Shown: one piece after another, positions 9,075 to 18,476 of the stretch
How positions within the stretch are numbered: position 1 is the stretch's first letter
Layout of the letters: each line of letters opens with the position of its first letter
Source: a virus
Lineage: Duplodnaviria > Caudoviricetes
IMG/VR virus record: IMGVR_UViG_3300033066_002431
Span: 12,579 to 76,578 of that record
Reading direction: 5' to 3' (one strand)
Length of the DNA stretch: 64,000 nucleotides
Notes under the pieces: model-generated
Seen by the model: the letters and a program-made list of their open reading frames with translations, nothing else
What the model was told of the DNA's origin: nothing
Databases searched by the model: none
Translations under genes and position numbers: made by a program

Positions 9075-10801
9075 GCGTCACGGACTTCCCCAAGACCGGC
9101 GACAACAAGGCCCTGTCGCTCCGGAACAGCAGCTTCGCGCGCTTCGACGTCGCTCTCGCGGAGTCGATCTGCAAGACGATCCCCTCCGGCGCACAGCACG
9201 CGATCCTCTGTCGGGTCGCTCGTCACGGCGGCATGGCGCGAACACGCGCCGAAGAGAAGGCCCTCCGGCTGCGCGAGGCGTGGGCCGAGAAGCACTACCA
9301 GAACAGCGACCGCGACGGCGTGCTCGCTCAAATCTCGTGGCTCGTCGTCGGCGAGCAAGGCGAAGCGGCGATGAAAGACGCGATCAAGAAGGGACAGAAC
9401 GATGGACGAACGGCAGGCGGAACGCCTTCGGGAGCGAGCGGCAGCGGAGAAACGCGAGACGCAGGTGCCGGGCCGGAGCGACGTGGCGGGGATGCGAGCA
9501 CGGGTCCTGTGTACGTGCAACGAGCCGTCGTGCGCTCAGTGCGTCGAGAGGGCCGCCCGACTGGCGCGAATCCGGACCGCAAAGTCGTCGTCGTCCACTT
9601 CGTAGCTTCGACCGAAACCGAGGACTCGCACGAGACGATCATCCGGTCCAACTGGGACCTCACCCGCTACACGGCGAACCCCGTGCTCCTCTGGATGCAC
9701 GGCCGGATGAACGACTTCCCAGCGATCGGCAACGTCGAGAACCTGAAGCGCGCCGGCACCACGCACGAAGGTGATGCCGTGTTCGACGACACGACGCAGT
9801 TCGACCGCGACGTCGCCGAGAAGTTCGAGAAGGGGGTGTTGAAGGGATTCAGCATCGGCTTCTACCCCAACACCGTGTGCTTCGAGCGCATCGACGGTGA
9901 AGACGTCCTCGTGCTCGACGACATCGAGCTTCTCGAAATCTCATGCGTGAACGTCCCCTCCAACCCGGAGGCCCTCGCTCGCAGCCAGGGCGCCGGCTGG
10001 GACAGGACGATCGCGAGCATGAGCGCTGATCTCCGGGCCTACGAGGCGCTTCACGCGCGCGCCACTGCGGCTCTTCAACAGACGCGCGGAACACCGACCA
10101 CGAAACCTCACGGAGAGACCCAGATGAAGACCCTCGACATTCAGGAGCGCGACATCCGCGCGAGCGGCAAAGGCGTGCAGTGCGAGGCGGCGTGCCCCAA
10201 CTGCAAAGAGGCGATGATGGTCAAGATGGACCACGTCCCTCTCCCCACCGAGAAGGCCGCGGAGATCGAGGCGCTCGGCACCCGCGCCGTCACCGCCGAG
10301 AAGAACCTCACCGCCGAGCAGGCGCGAGCGGCCGAGATCACGGCCAAGCTCACCAGCGCCGAGACCCGCGCGGCCGCCTTCGAGACGCAGCTCGCCGAGA
10401 CCCGCACGCTCATCGTCCAGACCCGCGTGGACAACGCCAAGACGGCTCTCGAGGCGCGCAGCGGCAAGAAGGTGCTCCCCGCCGAGATCGAGAGCGAGAT
10501 GGAGCTGGCGCGCATGTACCTCGCCGACCTCACCCCCGACGCGGCCGACAAGACGCGCACGGTGGGAGAGGTGAAGTGGGCGAAGCGGCTCGCCGTGCTC
10601 GACGCGCGCCCCGAGATGCAGCTCCTCGCTCCGCCCGCGAGCACCGGCACGAACGCGGAGAAGCCGCGCGAGGACGACGCCACCGTGCGCGACGCGGCCG
10701 CGGGCACGCCCCCGGCCAAGGACAACAAGGCCGCGGAAGCCGTCGTCGAGATGCTGCGCGCGACGGCCGACAAGCGCCCCGTCGCGTCCGCGACGATCTG
10801 A
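9071..10801 (+). CDS. prohead protease (HK97/S78-type) fused to scaffold, with an N-terminal extension
   Basis: GTG at 9071; FVASTETEDSH...NPVLLWMHG...KGFSIGF...LLEISCVNVPSNPEAL; Ala/Glu-rich coiled-coil C-terminus. Confidence 0.85.
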   Translation: MSVTDFPKTGDNKALSLRNSSFARFDVALAESICKTIPSGAQHAILCRVARHGGMARTRAEEKALRLREAWAEKHYQNSDRDGVLAQISWLVVGEQGEAAMKDAIKKGQNDGRTAGGTPSGASGSGETRDAGAGPERRGGDASTGPVYVQRAVVRSVRREGRPTGANPDRKVVVVHFVASTETEDSHETIIRSNWDLTRYTANPVLLWMHGRMNDFPAIGNVENLKRAGTTHEGDAVFDDTTQFDRDVAEKFEKGVLKGFSIGFYPNTVCFERIDGEDVLVLDDIELLEISCVNVPSNPEALARSQGAGWDRTIASMSADLRAYEALHARATAALQQTRGTPTTKPHGETQMKTLDIQERDIRASGKGVQCEAACPNCKEAMMVKMDHVPLPTEKAAEIEALGTRAVTAEKNLTAEQARAAEITAKLTSAETRAAAFETQLAETRTLIVQTRVDNAKTALEARSGKKVLPAEIESEMELARMYLADLTPDAADKTRTVGEVKWAKRLAVLDARPEMQLLAPPASTGTNAEKPREDDATVRDAAAGTPPAKDNKAAEAVVEMLRATADKRPVASATI

Positions 10802-10861
10802 CCATCAACGGGCCGGTCCGCCGGCCCATCGACAACCACCCTTCACGAGAGATTCACCACC

Positions 10862-11284
10862 ATGACCAGCCCGCTCCGCGTTTCGGAACAGCTCGACCAT
10901 GCGCTCCTGCGCTCGTTCGAGCACGCCTCCATGCCCGCCTTCGCCAAGGGGGCGGAGGTCAAGTTCGGCTCCGACGATCAGCTTCTCGCTGCCGCCGGCA
11001 CCGGCGACATCCTCGCCATCGGCATCACGCACAAGGCGAATGCGGCGGGTCGTCCCGCGCACGTCATCATGTACGGCCACGCGGTCGTGACCGCGCTCGT
11101 CGGCACGGGCGGCGCGACCCGCGGCGTCTGCGCCAAGGGCGTCGCGGACGGCTTCACCGACGCGGCCACGAACGGCGGCGGCACGACCTCGCAGATCATC
11201 AAGGGCCAGTTCCTCCAGACGGGCGTCGCGGGGGACTACGTCGAGATGATGATCGGCGTGAACCCGCGCAGCGTCACCACCTGA
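10862..11284 (+). CDS. capsid cement/decoration protein (DUF2190-like)
   Basis: 140 aa, Gly/Ala-rich, lies between protease and capsid; FAKGAEVKFGSDDQL...AIGIT...GRPAHVIMYG. Confidence 0.75.
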   Translation: MTSPLRVSEQLDHALLRSFEHASMPAFAKGAEVKFGSDDQLLAAAGTGDILAIGITHKANAAGRPAHVIMYGHAVVTALVGTGGATRGVCAKGVADGFTDAATNGGGTTSQIIKGQFLQTGVAGDYVEMMIGVNPRSVTT

Positions 11285-11378
11285 TCCCACCTCCGCGCGG
11301 CCCCTTCGCGCGCGGCGAACCCAACACGAACGAACGCGGACGCGCAAGGGCGCGGGGCCGCATAGGAGAGCTTTACCC

Positions 11379-12500
11379 ATGTTCCAGAGCAACGAAGCCA
11401 TCATGCTCGAAGCGGCCAACTTCGAGTCCATCGCGCGCATGCAGCGCACCCAGCGGAGCATCGAGTTCGAGGCGTTCAAGAACGACTTCGCGCGCATGCT
11501 CCAGAGCAGCGACGAGAAGACCAAGGCGAAGGTCCGCGCGCTCAACGACTCCTACGTCCAGATGCGCGACGTGAGCGGCGCCGTCCACGTCGATGCGCTC
11601 ATGAGCGAGTTCTCCGTGCGCTTCACGAACGAGGCCTACATCGGCTCGCTCCTGATGCCGGAGATCCAGGTCGACAAGCAGTCGAACTTCTACGGCGTGT
11701 GGAACCTGCGGGACCAGCTCGCGTATCCCGACGACACCATCGGGCCGCGCGGTGACGTGAAGCAGCTCGCCAGCAACGTCGACCTGACGAACAGCTACTT
11801 CGCCGGGGAGTACGGTCTCGAGGAGTACGTGGATCTCTCCACGATCGACAACGCGGACGCGCCGCTTCAGCCCCTCATGCACGCCACGTTCAAGGCGAAC
11901 GACGGCATCCTGTGGAATCAGGAGCGCCGCATCATCGACGTGATGACGACGACGGGCAACTACGGCTCGAACTACCTGTCGATCCCGGTCGGCTCGGAGT
12001 GGAACAGCTCGGGCGGTGGCAACCCCGTCCTGAACATCCAGAACGCGGTGGCGAGCGTGCTGCCCGGCCCTGGCCCGACGCGCAAGCTCGGGTTCTGCTC
12101 GTTCCCCGTCTACCAGGCGCTCGCGCGCCATCCTCAGATCCGCGACCTGCACAAGTACACGGCGGCGGGCCTCATGCCGCCGACGTACCTCGCGCAGATC
12201 TTCGATCTGGACGCTCTGCTCGTCGGCAAGGCCTGGAAGGACAGCGCGAACCCGGGACAGACGCTCTCGCTCAACCGCCTGTGGCCCAACGTCTTCGGCG
12301 TCGTAAACGTCATGACCGCGCCGATGAAGGACTCGTACTCGTTCGGCGCCACCTTCCGCTGGGGGCCGAAGTTCAGCGAGGTCCGGTTCGAGAGGAACCG
12401 CGGCCGCCGTGGCGGGTACGTCACGAAGACGAGCGTCTCGTACGTGCCGAAGGTGACGGCGTCCTACGCCGGCTTCCTCCTCACGAACACCCTCGCGTGA
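11379..12500 (+). CDS. major capsid protein
   Basis: 373 aa, GGAGAG RBS, position after the cement gene; LMSEFSVRFTNEAYIGSLLMPEIQVDK resembles capsid E/gpT-like N-termini. Confidence 0.85.
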   Translation: MFQSNEAIMLEAANFESIARMQRTQRSIEFEAFKNDFARMLQSSDEKTKAKVRALNDSYVQMRDVSGAVHVDALMSEFSVRFTNEAYIGSLLMPEIQVDKQSNFYGVWNLRDQLAYPDDTIGPRGDVKQLASNVDLTNSYFAGEYGLEEYVDLSTIDNADAPLQPLMHATFKANDGILWNQERRIIDVMTTTGNYGSNYLSIPVGSEWNSSGGGNPVLNIQNAVASVLPGPGPTRKLGFCSFPVYQALARHPQIRDLHKYTAAGLMPPTYLAQIFDLDALLVGKAWKDSANPGQTLSLNRLWPNVFGVVNVMTAPMKDSYSFGATFRWGPKFSEVRFERNRGRRGGYVTKTSVSYVPKVTASYAGFLLTNTLA

Positions 12501-12535
12501 CGGCCTGACCGACAAGGTCACAGGAGAGGAACCAG

Positions 12536-13192
12536 ATGGCCCCGCGCAAGAAGGCCGCTGACGAAGCGGCCAACCCCACCCCGGCCCCGGACGCTCCCGG
12601 GGCTCCCGCCCTGCCCGACAACCCTCCCGAGGTCGCTTCGGCGATGCCCGCGGAGGGTGTCCCCGCCGACAGCGCTCCCGCGCTCGCCTCCGACGAAGCC
12701 GAGGAAGACGCCCACAAGGCCGCTCTCGAAGCTCTCGCCGCGGAAGACGACGTGGAGCCGGCCGCCGCTCCCGTGGAGCCCTCTGCGCCTCCCGAGGTGG
12801 TCTCGACCATCGACGCAGCGCCCGTCCTCACCGACGAGCAGATGGAGGTCATCCGTCTGAAGCGGGAGAAGGTCGCGCTCGAAGCCGAGGTCACCGCGCT
12901 CCAGGAACGGATCGGCGAGATCCGTGCTTCGGCGCAGACCGAGATCGAGTCGCTCCGGAGCCAGCTCGCGGGCATGTCCCACAAGCCGCCTCCCGCGCCC
13001 GTCTACGCGAAGGACCCGCTGCGGGAGGCGAAGAGCTTCGGCGTCCTCGCGACGTGGCTCGGTCCCGGCATCTACGGCGGACCGTACTACACGGTCGCTG
13101 GCGTGCGCATGCCGCAGGCGGTCGGCCTCACCACGGGCTACTTCCCGGCGGCGGACCTCCTCCGCTCGCCCGACGCCTTCAAGGCCACCTGA
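12536..13192 (+). CDS. acidic Ala/Pro-rich protein with a coiled coil
   Basis: 218 aa, GGAGAGG RBS, immediately after the capsid gene. Confidence 0.6.
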   Translation: MAPRKKAADEAANPTPAPDAPGAPALPDNPPEVASAMPAEGVPADSAPALASDEAEEDAHKAALEALAAEDDVEPAAAPVEPSAPPEVVSTIDAAPVLTDEQMEVIRLKREKVALEAEVTALQERIGEIRASAQTEIESLRSQLAGMSHKPPPAPVYAKDPLREAKSFGVLATWLGPGIYGGPYYTVAGVRMPQAVGLTTGYFPAADLLRSPDAFKAT

Positions 13193-13674
13193 TGCCCCGG
13201 CCGATCTATGCATCGCTCGATGACCTGAAGGGGCGCGTGCGGATCGAGACGCTGCTGAACTGTCTCGACTTCACGCGCGCCAAGACGGTCACCGACGCGA
13301 TCTTCCGCAGCGCGGTCGCAAACCCGTCGTGCGCGGACATCGATCGGCAACTCGGGGGGGTGTTCCCGGGCCGTGTGCCGTTCGCGGACATCGACGCGGA
13401 CCCGTCCACGCCAGAGGACATCAAAGAACTGGCGCTCGACTGGTACGTGTGGCGGCTCGCGAGCCTCTACCCGACCCACATGCAACTCGACGCCGTGATG
13501 CTGTGGACGAAGATCCAGAGCGACCTCAAGAGGCTGCGCGAGGGGAGGGACGTCATCAACCAGAGCCCGCCCGACCCAGCGCGCAACACGGGCGGCACGG
13601 TGGGCGCGATCGGCGACGATCCGCCCTGCTCTCCGCCCCCCGCGTACTTCGACAACATGGGGGATTACGGCTGA
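13192..13674 (+). CDS. head-tail adaptor (Mu gp36 / DUF1320-like)
   Basis: ATG at 13192 overlaps the upstream TGA; YASLDDLKGRV...CLDF...IKELALDWYVWRL. Confidence 0.8.
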   Translation: MPRPIYASLDDLKGRVRIETLLNCLDFTRAKTVTDAIFRSAVANPSCADIDRQLGGVFPGRVPFADIDADPSTPEDIKELALDWYVWRLASLYPTHMQLDAVMLWTKIQSDLKRLREGRDVINQSPPDPARNTGGTVGAIGDDPPCSPPPAYFDNMGDYG

Positions 13675-14111
13675 TGACGAAGCCCTTCTCGCAGATCATC
13701 CCCGACGCGAACAGCTTCGACATTGCGCTGGTGAAGGGCTTCCAGCGCGCCGTCACGCACACGATCACGGTCGTGACGATGGCGGCGCGAAACGAACACG
13801 ACTGGCGCGACCGCACCCGAGCCACGCGCGAGGGGATGGAGCCTGTCATCGACGACGCGGCGAACGGCGCCACGGCTTCCCTGAAGCTCGAAGGCAACGC
13901 TGTCCGGCTCGCGGACGGCACCGAGCCGCACGTGATCACCGCTCGGAACGCCAAGGCGCTCCGCTTCTCGATGGGCGGAGACATGCTCTTTCGCCGGAGC
14001 GTGTATCACCCCGGCACGAAACCGGACGCCTACCTCGACAACGCCGCCGAGAAGGCCGGTGAGGAGATCGCTGCGAGCGTGGAAGCGGCCATGGACGCGG
14101 TGTTCGGATGA
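13674..14111 (+). CDS. neck/tail-completion protein (HK97 gp10 / Mu gpG-like)
   Basis: ATG at 13674; W.DRT.ATR...HVI.ARNAKALRF...VYHPGTKPDAYL motif. Confidence 0.7.
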   Translation: MTKPFSQIIPDANSFDIALVKGFQRAVTHTITVVTMAARNEHDWRDRTRATREGMEPVIDDAANGATASLKLEGNAVRLADGTEPHVITARNAKALRFSMGGDMLFRRSVYHPGTKPDAYLDNAAEKAGEEIAASVEAAMDAVFG

Positions 14112-15208
14112 GCGAGGCCATCGGCCTTTCGTGGCTGCCGGCTATCGCGCCGACGCGGAACGCGGACAAGAGCATCGCCACCCGCGCCCCGGGCGACAAC
14201 GCGCTCGTGCCGCTCGGCAGCTACGTCGCCACCGTCATGCAGGCCCAGCTTGGCGCTGCGTGGACGGTGCTCGACTCGACGGCGGCCGTCACGCTCTCCG
14301 GCACCATCGACGGCACGCGGGACGGCGCCAACGTCGTGCGGCGGGTCTACTACCACAACCCCCGCAAGGGCACGTTCATCGGGGCGGACCTCCCCGGCCT
14401 CTTCGTCTACCGCTTCGACGCGCCCGAGAAAAACCAGCGCGTCGCGCAGGATGCGCACCGTCGACAGGGCACGATCGGGCTCCTCTGGATCCCCAACGAA
14501 GCGCCGACGGGGGACATCCGCACCGACGAGTGGACGACCTTCAAGAACAGCGTCAGCGGCTCGCTGCACAACGCGCTCACGTGGAAGCGACACCCCGCGT
14601 GGACGGTCACCGCCGATGACGCGATCCCTGCCGGCCTGAAGGCCAGCACGGCGACGAGCACGGCTGCGGTCGTCCTCACGAGCTTCACGGGGCCGACGCT
14701 CCCCGCGACCCCGAAGCGCTCGTTCTCGATCACGACGACGGCCGCAGCCGGCGCGTACAACATCACCGATCCGATCCTCGTCACCGGCACCGATGAGCGC
14801 GGCACCTTCACGGTGAAGCTCTACCTGACGGACGCGGACGGCGGAGAGACGGTGGCCACGGTGCTGCGCTTCACCGCCATCACGCGAGTGGAGCTCCCCG
14901 CGCAGCTCCTCACCACGGGCACGTACACGCTCGGGTGGTGGGAGAACTACGAGAAGACGCAGGGCTCGCTCGTGATGCGCGCGTGCGCGTTCAGCCGGAT
15001 GGACCTGCGCGAGATCCGGGACGTGGCCTTCGAGATCAAGCGCGAGGGGCTCCCCAGCATCCCTGTCACCGGCGTGGAGGCGATCGTCGACACGGCGGAA
15101 GATCCCTTCTGGGATCCCGACTTCCGCGCACAGACCCCCTACGTCATCGAAGCGCATGTGCGCCGGACCGATGGCACCGATTTCACCGATCTGGAGATCG
15201 ACCCATGA
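14108..15208 (+). CDS. tail terminator-like protein with an inserted beta-domain
   Basis: 366 aa; position between neck and sheath; ADLPGLFVYR motif; Thr-rich insertion at about 14700-14935. Confidence 0.55.
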   Translation: MSEAIGLSWLPAIAPTRNADKSIATRAPGDNALVPLGSYVATVMQAQLGAAWTVLDSTAAVTLSGTIDGTRDGANVVRRVYYHNPRKGTFIGADLPGLFVYRFDAPEKNQRVAQDAHRRQGTIGLLWIPNEAPTGDIRTDEWTTFKNSVSGSLHNALTWKRHPAWTVTADDAIPAGLKASTATSTAAVVLTSFTGPTLPATPKRSFSITTTAAAGAYNITDPILVTGTDERGTFTVKLYLTDADGGETVATVLRFTAITRVELPAQLLTTGTYTLGWWENYEKTQGSLVMRACAFSRMDLREIRDVAFEIKREGLPSIPVTGVEAIVDTAEDPFWDPDFRAQTPYVIEAHVRRTDGTDFTDLEIDP

Positions 15209-15774
15209 AGCTGCTCAAAGTCATCCCGAACCCCTTCACGCTGCTCGACGCGGACGGCATGCCTGCCGGCTTCACGTTCAGCGACCCCTTCCACTGGCCC
15301 TCTGGCCGTCCGTTCCAGGTGGTCGGAGGCCGGCTCACGAAGCGCGTCGAGCCCCACGGCGACGGGCCAGCAACCGCCGAAGACAGCCGTGAGTCGAAGG
15401 TGGTCGTGGGCGCGCTGGTCTCCCTGAAGGCGACCCCCGTCATCAACAGCGAGTATCACCGCGCGCGCATCCTCGGGGGCGAGATGATCGCCGCCGACAA
15501 GGAGACCGCGACCGAGTGCGGGATTCGGGAGTTCGTGGACGCCGCGACGCTCCTCCGTGACGAGCGCGATGCGCGGGCACGGGAGTGGATGGCCGAGCAC
15601 AACGGCGAGGCTCCTCCCTGCGCGCGGCTGGTCTTCGCCATGGACGGCGACGCCGTGAAGCTCACCGACCCAGGCCAGGCCCCTGCGCCGGCCAAGAAGA
15701 GCGTGCCTGTCGCGCCGTCCTCCGTCGCCGTCCTCTCGCCGCGCGCTGCCACCCCGGTGGCGCCGTCTCGCTGA
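15205..15774 (+). CDS. hypothetical structural-module protein
   Basis: ATG at 15205 overlaps the upstream stop; 189 aa. Confidence 0.55.
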   Translation: MKLLKVIPNPFTLLDADGMPAGFTFSDPFHWPSGRPFQVVGGRLTKRVEPHGDGPATAEDSRESKVVVGALVSLKATPVINSEYHRARILGGEMIAADKETATECGIREFVDAATLLRDERDARAREWMAEHNGEAPPCARLVFAMDGDAVKLTDPGQAPAPAKKSVPVAPSSVAVLSPRAATPVAPSR

Positions 15775-15814
15775 TCTCGCCCGCCGTCCCCTTCTTCATC
15801 CACCGGAGTAGTTC

Positions 15815-17368
15815 ATGTCCAATCTCCCCATCGGGAACGTCGCCGAGCTTACGCCCGACGACAAGTTCCCCGGCATCTACCTCAAGAGCACCGTCGAAAC
15901 CGGATCGAGCGACGGAATCCCCTACCTGCTTATCGTCGGCGCGGTCGCAGCGGACGCGAGCGGGGCGCTCACCCCCGACAGCGAGGTCGTGGACGTCCTC
16001 TCGGACGTGGACGCGCTCTACTACGCGGGCGCCAACAGCGAGGGGTACCGCATGCTCCTTCGCGCGCTCGGCGTGGGCGGGGTCAAGGTCAAGTTCGCAG
16101 CCGCCGCCATCACGAGCGGCGTGCAGGCGGAGGCCACCATCACGGTGGACGTCACCGGCACGATCGCGGAGACGGGCTCGATCTTCTTCCGGCTCGGTGG
16201 TCGTCCGGTGGGCCCCCTCGGCATCGGGCTCGCCGACACCCCGCAGACGATCGCGAACGCCATCGCGGCCTTCATCAACGCCGACCCGGCCATGTGCGCG
16301 GCGGCTGCGGTGACGGCGGGTTCCGGCACGACCTACGTGGTGACCCTCACGGCGGGATCGGACGGCGCGCGCGGCAACAGTCTGATCATCTGGAAGGACA
16401 CGGCGCTCACCCCCTCGGCGGTCACGGCCGTGCTCGCGGGTGGGTCGGCGGTCACGTCGGGCGGCATCCCCTTCCACAATGGCGCCGGCACGGAGAGCGT
16501 GGCGACGCTCCTCACCGCGCTCCAGAACGACGAGTATTACACGGTCGCGTTCGCGCAGCGGGACAGCACCAACCTCGGGCGCTGGGAGACGGCCACGAAC
16601 ACGAAGCTCGGGCCGCTCGTCGGGCTCCTCGAGAACCTCGTGTGCGGCACGGGCGGCACCCTCTCGGCCGCGGGCTCGCTCGCGCAGACGACGCTCAACC
16701 ACAGCAGCTTCGAGATGCTCTGGATGGAAGAGCCCGAGACGCCCCCCGAGGAGTTCGCCGCGCAGTGGGCTGCGATCCGCCACTCCACGGAGGTCGGCCC
16801 CAACCCGAACAACCGCTACGACCTCGTGCGGCTCGACGGCATCCAGCCGCAGGAAGCGCGCAGCAAGCAGCCCAGCCGAGCGACGCAGGTCGCCGCGCTG
16901 AACTACGGGCTCACGCCGCTGGGGACGACCGACAACCGCGTCATCCTCGCTCGCGCGGTCACCACGCGTACGCAGACGGACACCGGCGGTCAGGACGACG
17001 GCACGGTGGACGTCGCGCAGTGGCGCACGGCCCTCGAGTTCCGCCGCGCCCTGAAGAACATGCTGACCGACCACATGACGGTTCACCCGTACATCGTGGA
17101 CGACCCCGCCGAGGGGAACGAGCCCGACGTCCCGCAGGGCGTGACGTACCCGAAGAACATCGCCAACGCGACGTGGTCCCTCGAATACCAGAAGCAGAAC
17201 GACAAGTGGCTCGCGCACGTGAAGCTCAACCCGCCGCGGTGCGCGCTGCACCCGACGTCGGCCACGCCGCGCCCGATCCTCTACGCCCCGATCGAGGTGC
17301 TGCCGCTCCTTCACCAGATCGCGGGGACCGTCGCGCTCCGGAAATTCCAGGTCGCCGCGACCAACTGA
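15815..17368 (+). CDS. contractile tail sheath protein (Mu gpL-like)
   Basis: 517 aa; FPGIYL N-terminus, AGSDGARGN, QVAALNYGLTPL...ILARAVTT. Confidence 0.9.
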   Translation: MSNLPIGNVAELTPDDKFPGIYLKSTVETGSSDGIPYLLIVGAVAADASGALTPDSEVVDVLSDVDALYYAGANSEGYRMLLRALGVGGVKVKFAAAAITSGVQAEATITVDVTGTIAETGSIFFRLGGRPVGPLGIGLADTPQTIANAIAAFINADPAMCAAAAVTAGSGTTYVVTLTAGSDGARGNSLIIWKDTALTPSAVTAVLAGGSAVTSGGIPFHNGAGTESVATLLTALQNDEYYTVAFAQRDSTNLGRWETATNTKLGPLVGLLENLVCGTGGTLSAAGSLAQTTLNHSSFEMLWMEEPETPPEEFAAQWAAIRHSTEVGPNPNNRYDLVRLDGIQPQEARSKQPSRATQVAALNYGLTPLGTTDNRVILARAVTTRTQTDTGGQDDGTVDVAQWRTALEFRRALKNMLTDHMTVHPYIVDDPAEGNEPDVPQGVTYPKNIANATWSLEYQKQNDKWLAHVKLNPPRCALHPTSATPRPILYAPIEVLPLLHQIAGTVALRKFQVAATN

Positions 17369-17407
17369 GCGGCTCTCGCTCCGCTCCCCGTAACTCTCGA
17401 GGTTCCC

Positions 17408-17788
17408 ATGAGCGCTCCCACCCAAGTCTTCAAGGGCAACGCGGCCGTCGTCCGCGTGAACGGCGACAAGATCGCCACCTGCACGTCGAGCGACGTCGAC
17501 TACAACACGAACAAGTCCAACGTCCCGATGTCCGACGGACTCGGCATCTCGAAGGGCTTCCCCATCGGCACCGTGAACCTCTCGACCTTCGAGACGACGA
17601 GCGGTCTGTCGTCGGTCGCGATGGCCCAGCTCATCGCCGATCAGGACATCATCCAAATCGAGTTCACGCAGGGCGGCCAGACGATCCTCGTCACCGGCAC
17701 GGGCGAGAAGTTCAGCAAGAAGAGCCAGACGGACAAGGGCATGACCGACGGCACGTACTCCTTCAGCGGCGCCGTCCAGATCATCTGA
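17408..17788 (+). CDS. tail tube protein
   Basis: 126-aa beta-rich protein directly after the sheath; C-terminal YSFSG. Confidence 0.75.
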   Translation: MSAPTQVFKGNAAVVRVNGDKIATCTSSDVDYNTNKSNVPMSDGLGISKGFPIGTVNLSTFETTSGLSSVAMAQLIADQDIIQIEFTQGGQTILVTGTGEKFSKKSQTDKGMTDGTYSFSGAVQII

Positions 17789-17789
17789 C

Positions 17790-18476
17790 ATGGCCAAGCT
17801 GAAAGACGTTCTGTTCGGCAAGCCGCGCCGCGAGCCGTGCTCCGTTCCGTCACTCGACGGAACGAGCACGCTCGACTTCGCGCTGCGGCTGCTCACCGGC
17901 GAGGAGTCCCGCACGGTGGAGCTGCAAGCGCGCAAGGTCGCCGGCACGAACTCCCCGAAGCCGGAAGACGCGCTCTACCAGCACGCGCGCATGGTGGGGC
18001 GCCTCATGCTCGCGTGCATCGACAAGGACGTGGAGAACGCCGACGAGCCGTTCTTCGCGAACGAGAAAGAGGTGCTTCAGCATCTCGACGACGCGCGCAT
18101 TACCTACGTGTACTTCGAGCAGCTCGGCTTCCAGACGAAGCATGCCCCGCCGCTCGAAAGCGTCGACTACGAGGACTTCATTCGGCTCACGTGGGCCAGC
18201 GTGCAGGAGGCGCAGAAGGGCGGCGACCCTGAGCGCCCTTTCGTTGGTTTGCCCTATCGAAAGCTCACGAGTTTCGCAGCGAGGTCGGCCGCAGCCCTTA
18301 CGAGTCCAGCGCTTCCGCAATTGCTGTTTGGATCGCCGACAACGCCTGGCGCGGCCGGGTCGCCGAGTTCCGCGAGTTCGTCGGAAAGCTCGTCGAAGCC
18401 AAAGTCCTCGACCCCGACGCCCACCGAGTCGTCGAGTCCATCGACCCCTCCCGTGATCCCTCCCGGTGACTCGTGA
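17790..18476 (+). CDS. tail assembly chaperone (G-like), with a predicted -1 frameshift product ending at 18469
   Basis: Position after the tube; LDFALRLLTGEE...RLMLACID...PFF; Ser/Pro-rich C-terminus after the slippery site. Confidence 0.75.
   Translation: MAKLKDVLFGKPRREPCSVPSLDGTSTLDFALRLLTGEESRTVELQARKVAGTNSPKPEDALYQHARMVGRLMLACIDKDVENADEPFFANEKEVLQHLDDARITYVYFEQLGFQTKHAPPLESVDYEDFIRLTWASVQEAQKGGDPERPFVGLPYRKLTSFAARSAAALTSPALPQLLFGSPTTPGAAGSPSSASSSESSSKPKSSTPTPTESSSPSTPPVIPPGDS
18236..18242 (+). other. -1 ribosomal frameshift slippery heptamer C CCT TTC
   Basis: X XXY YYZ pattern in the correct phase; the -1 frame is open to TGA 18467-18469 with strongly GC-biased third positions (FRWFALSKAHEFRSEVGRSPYE...). 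Confidence 0.75.
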
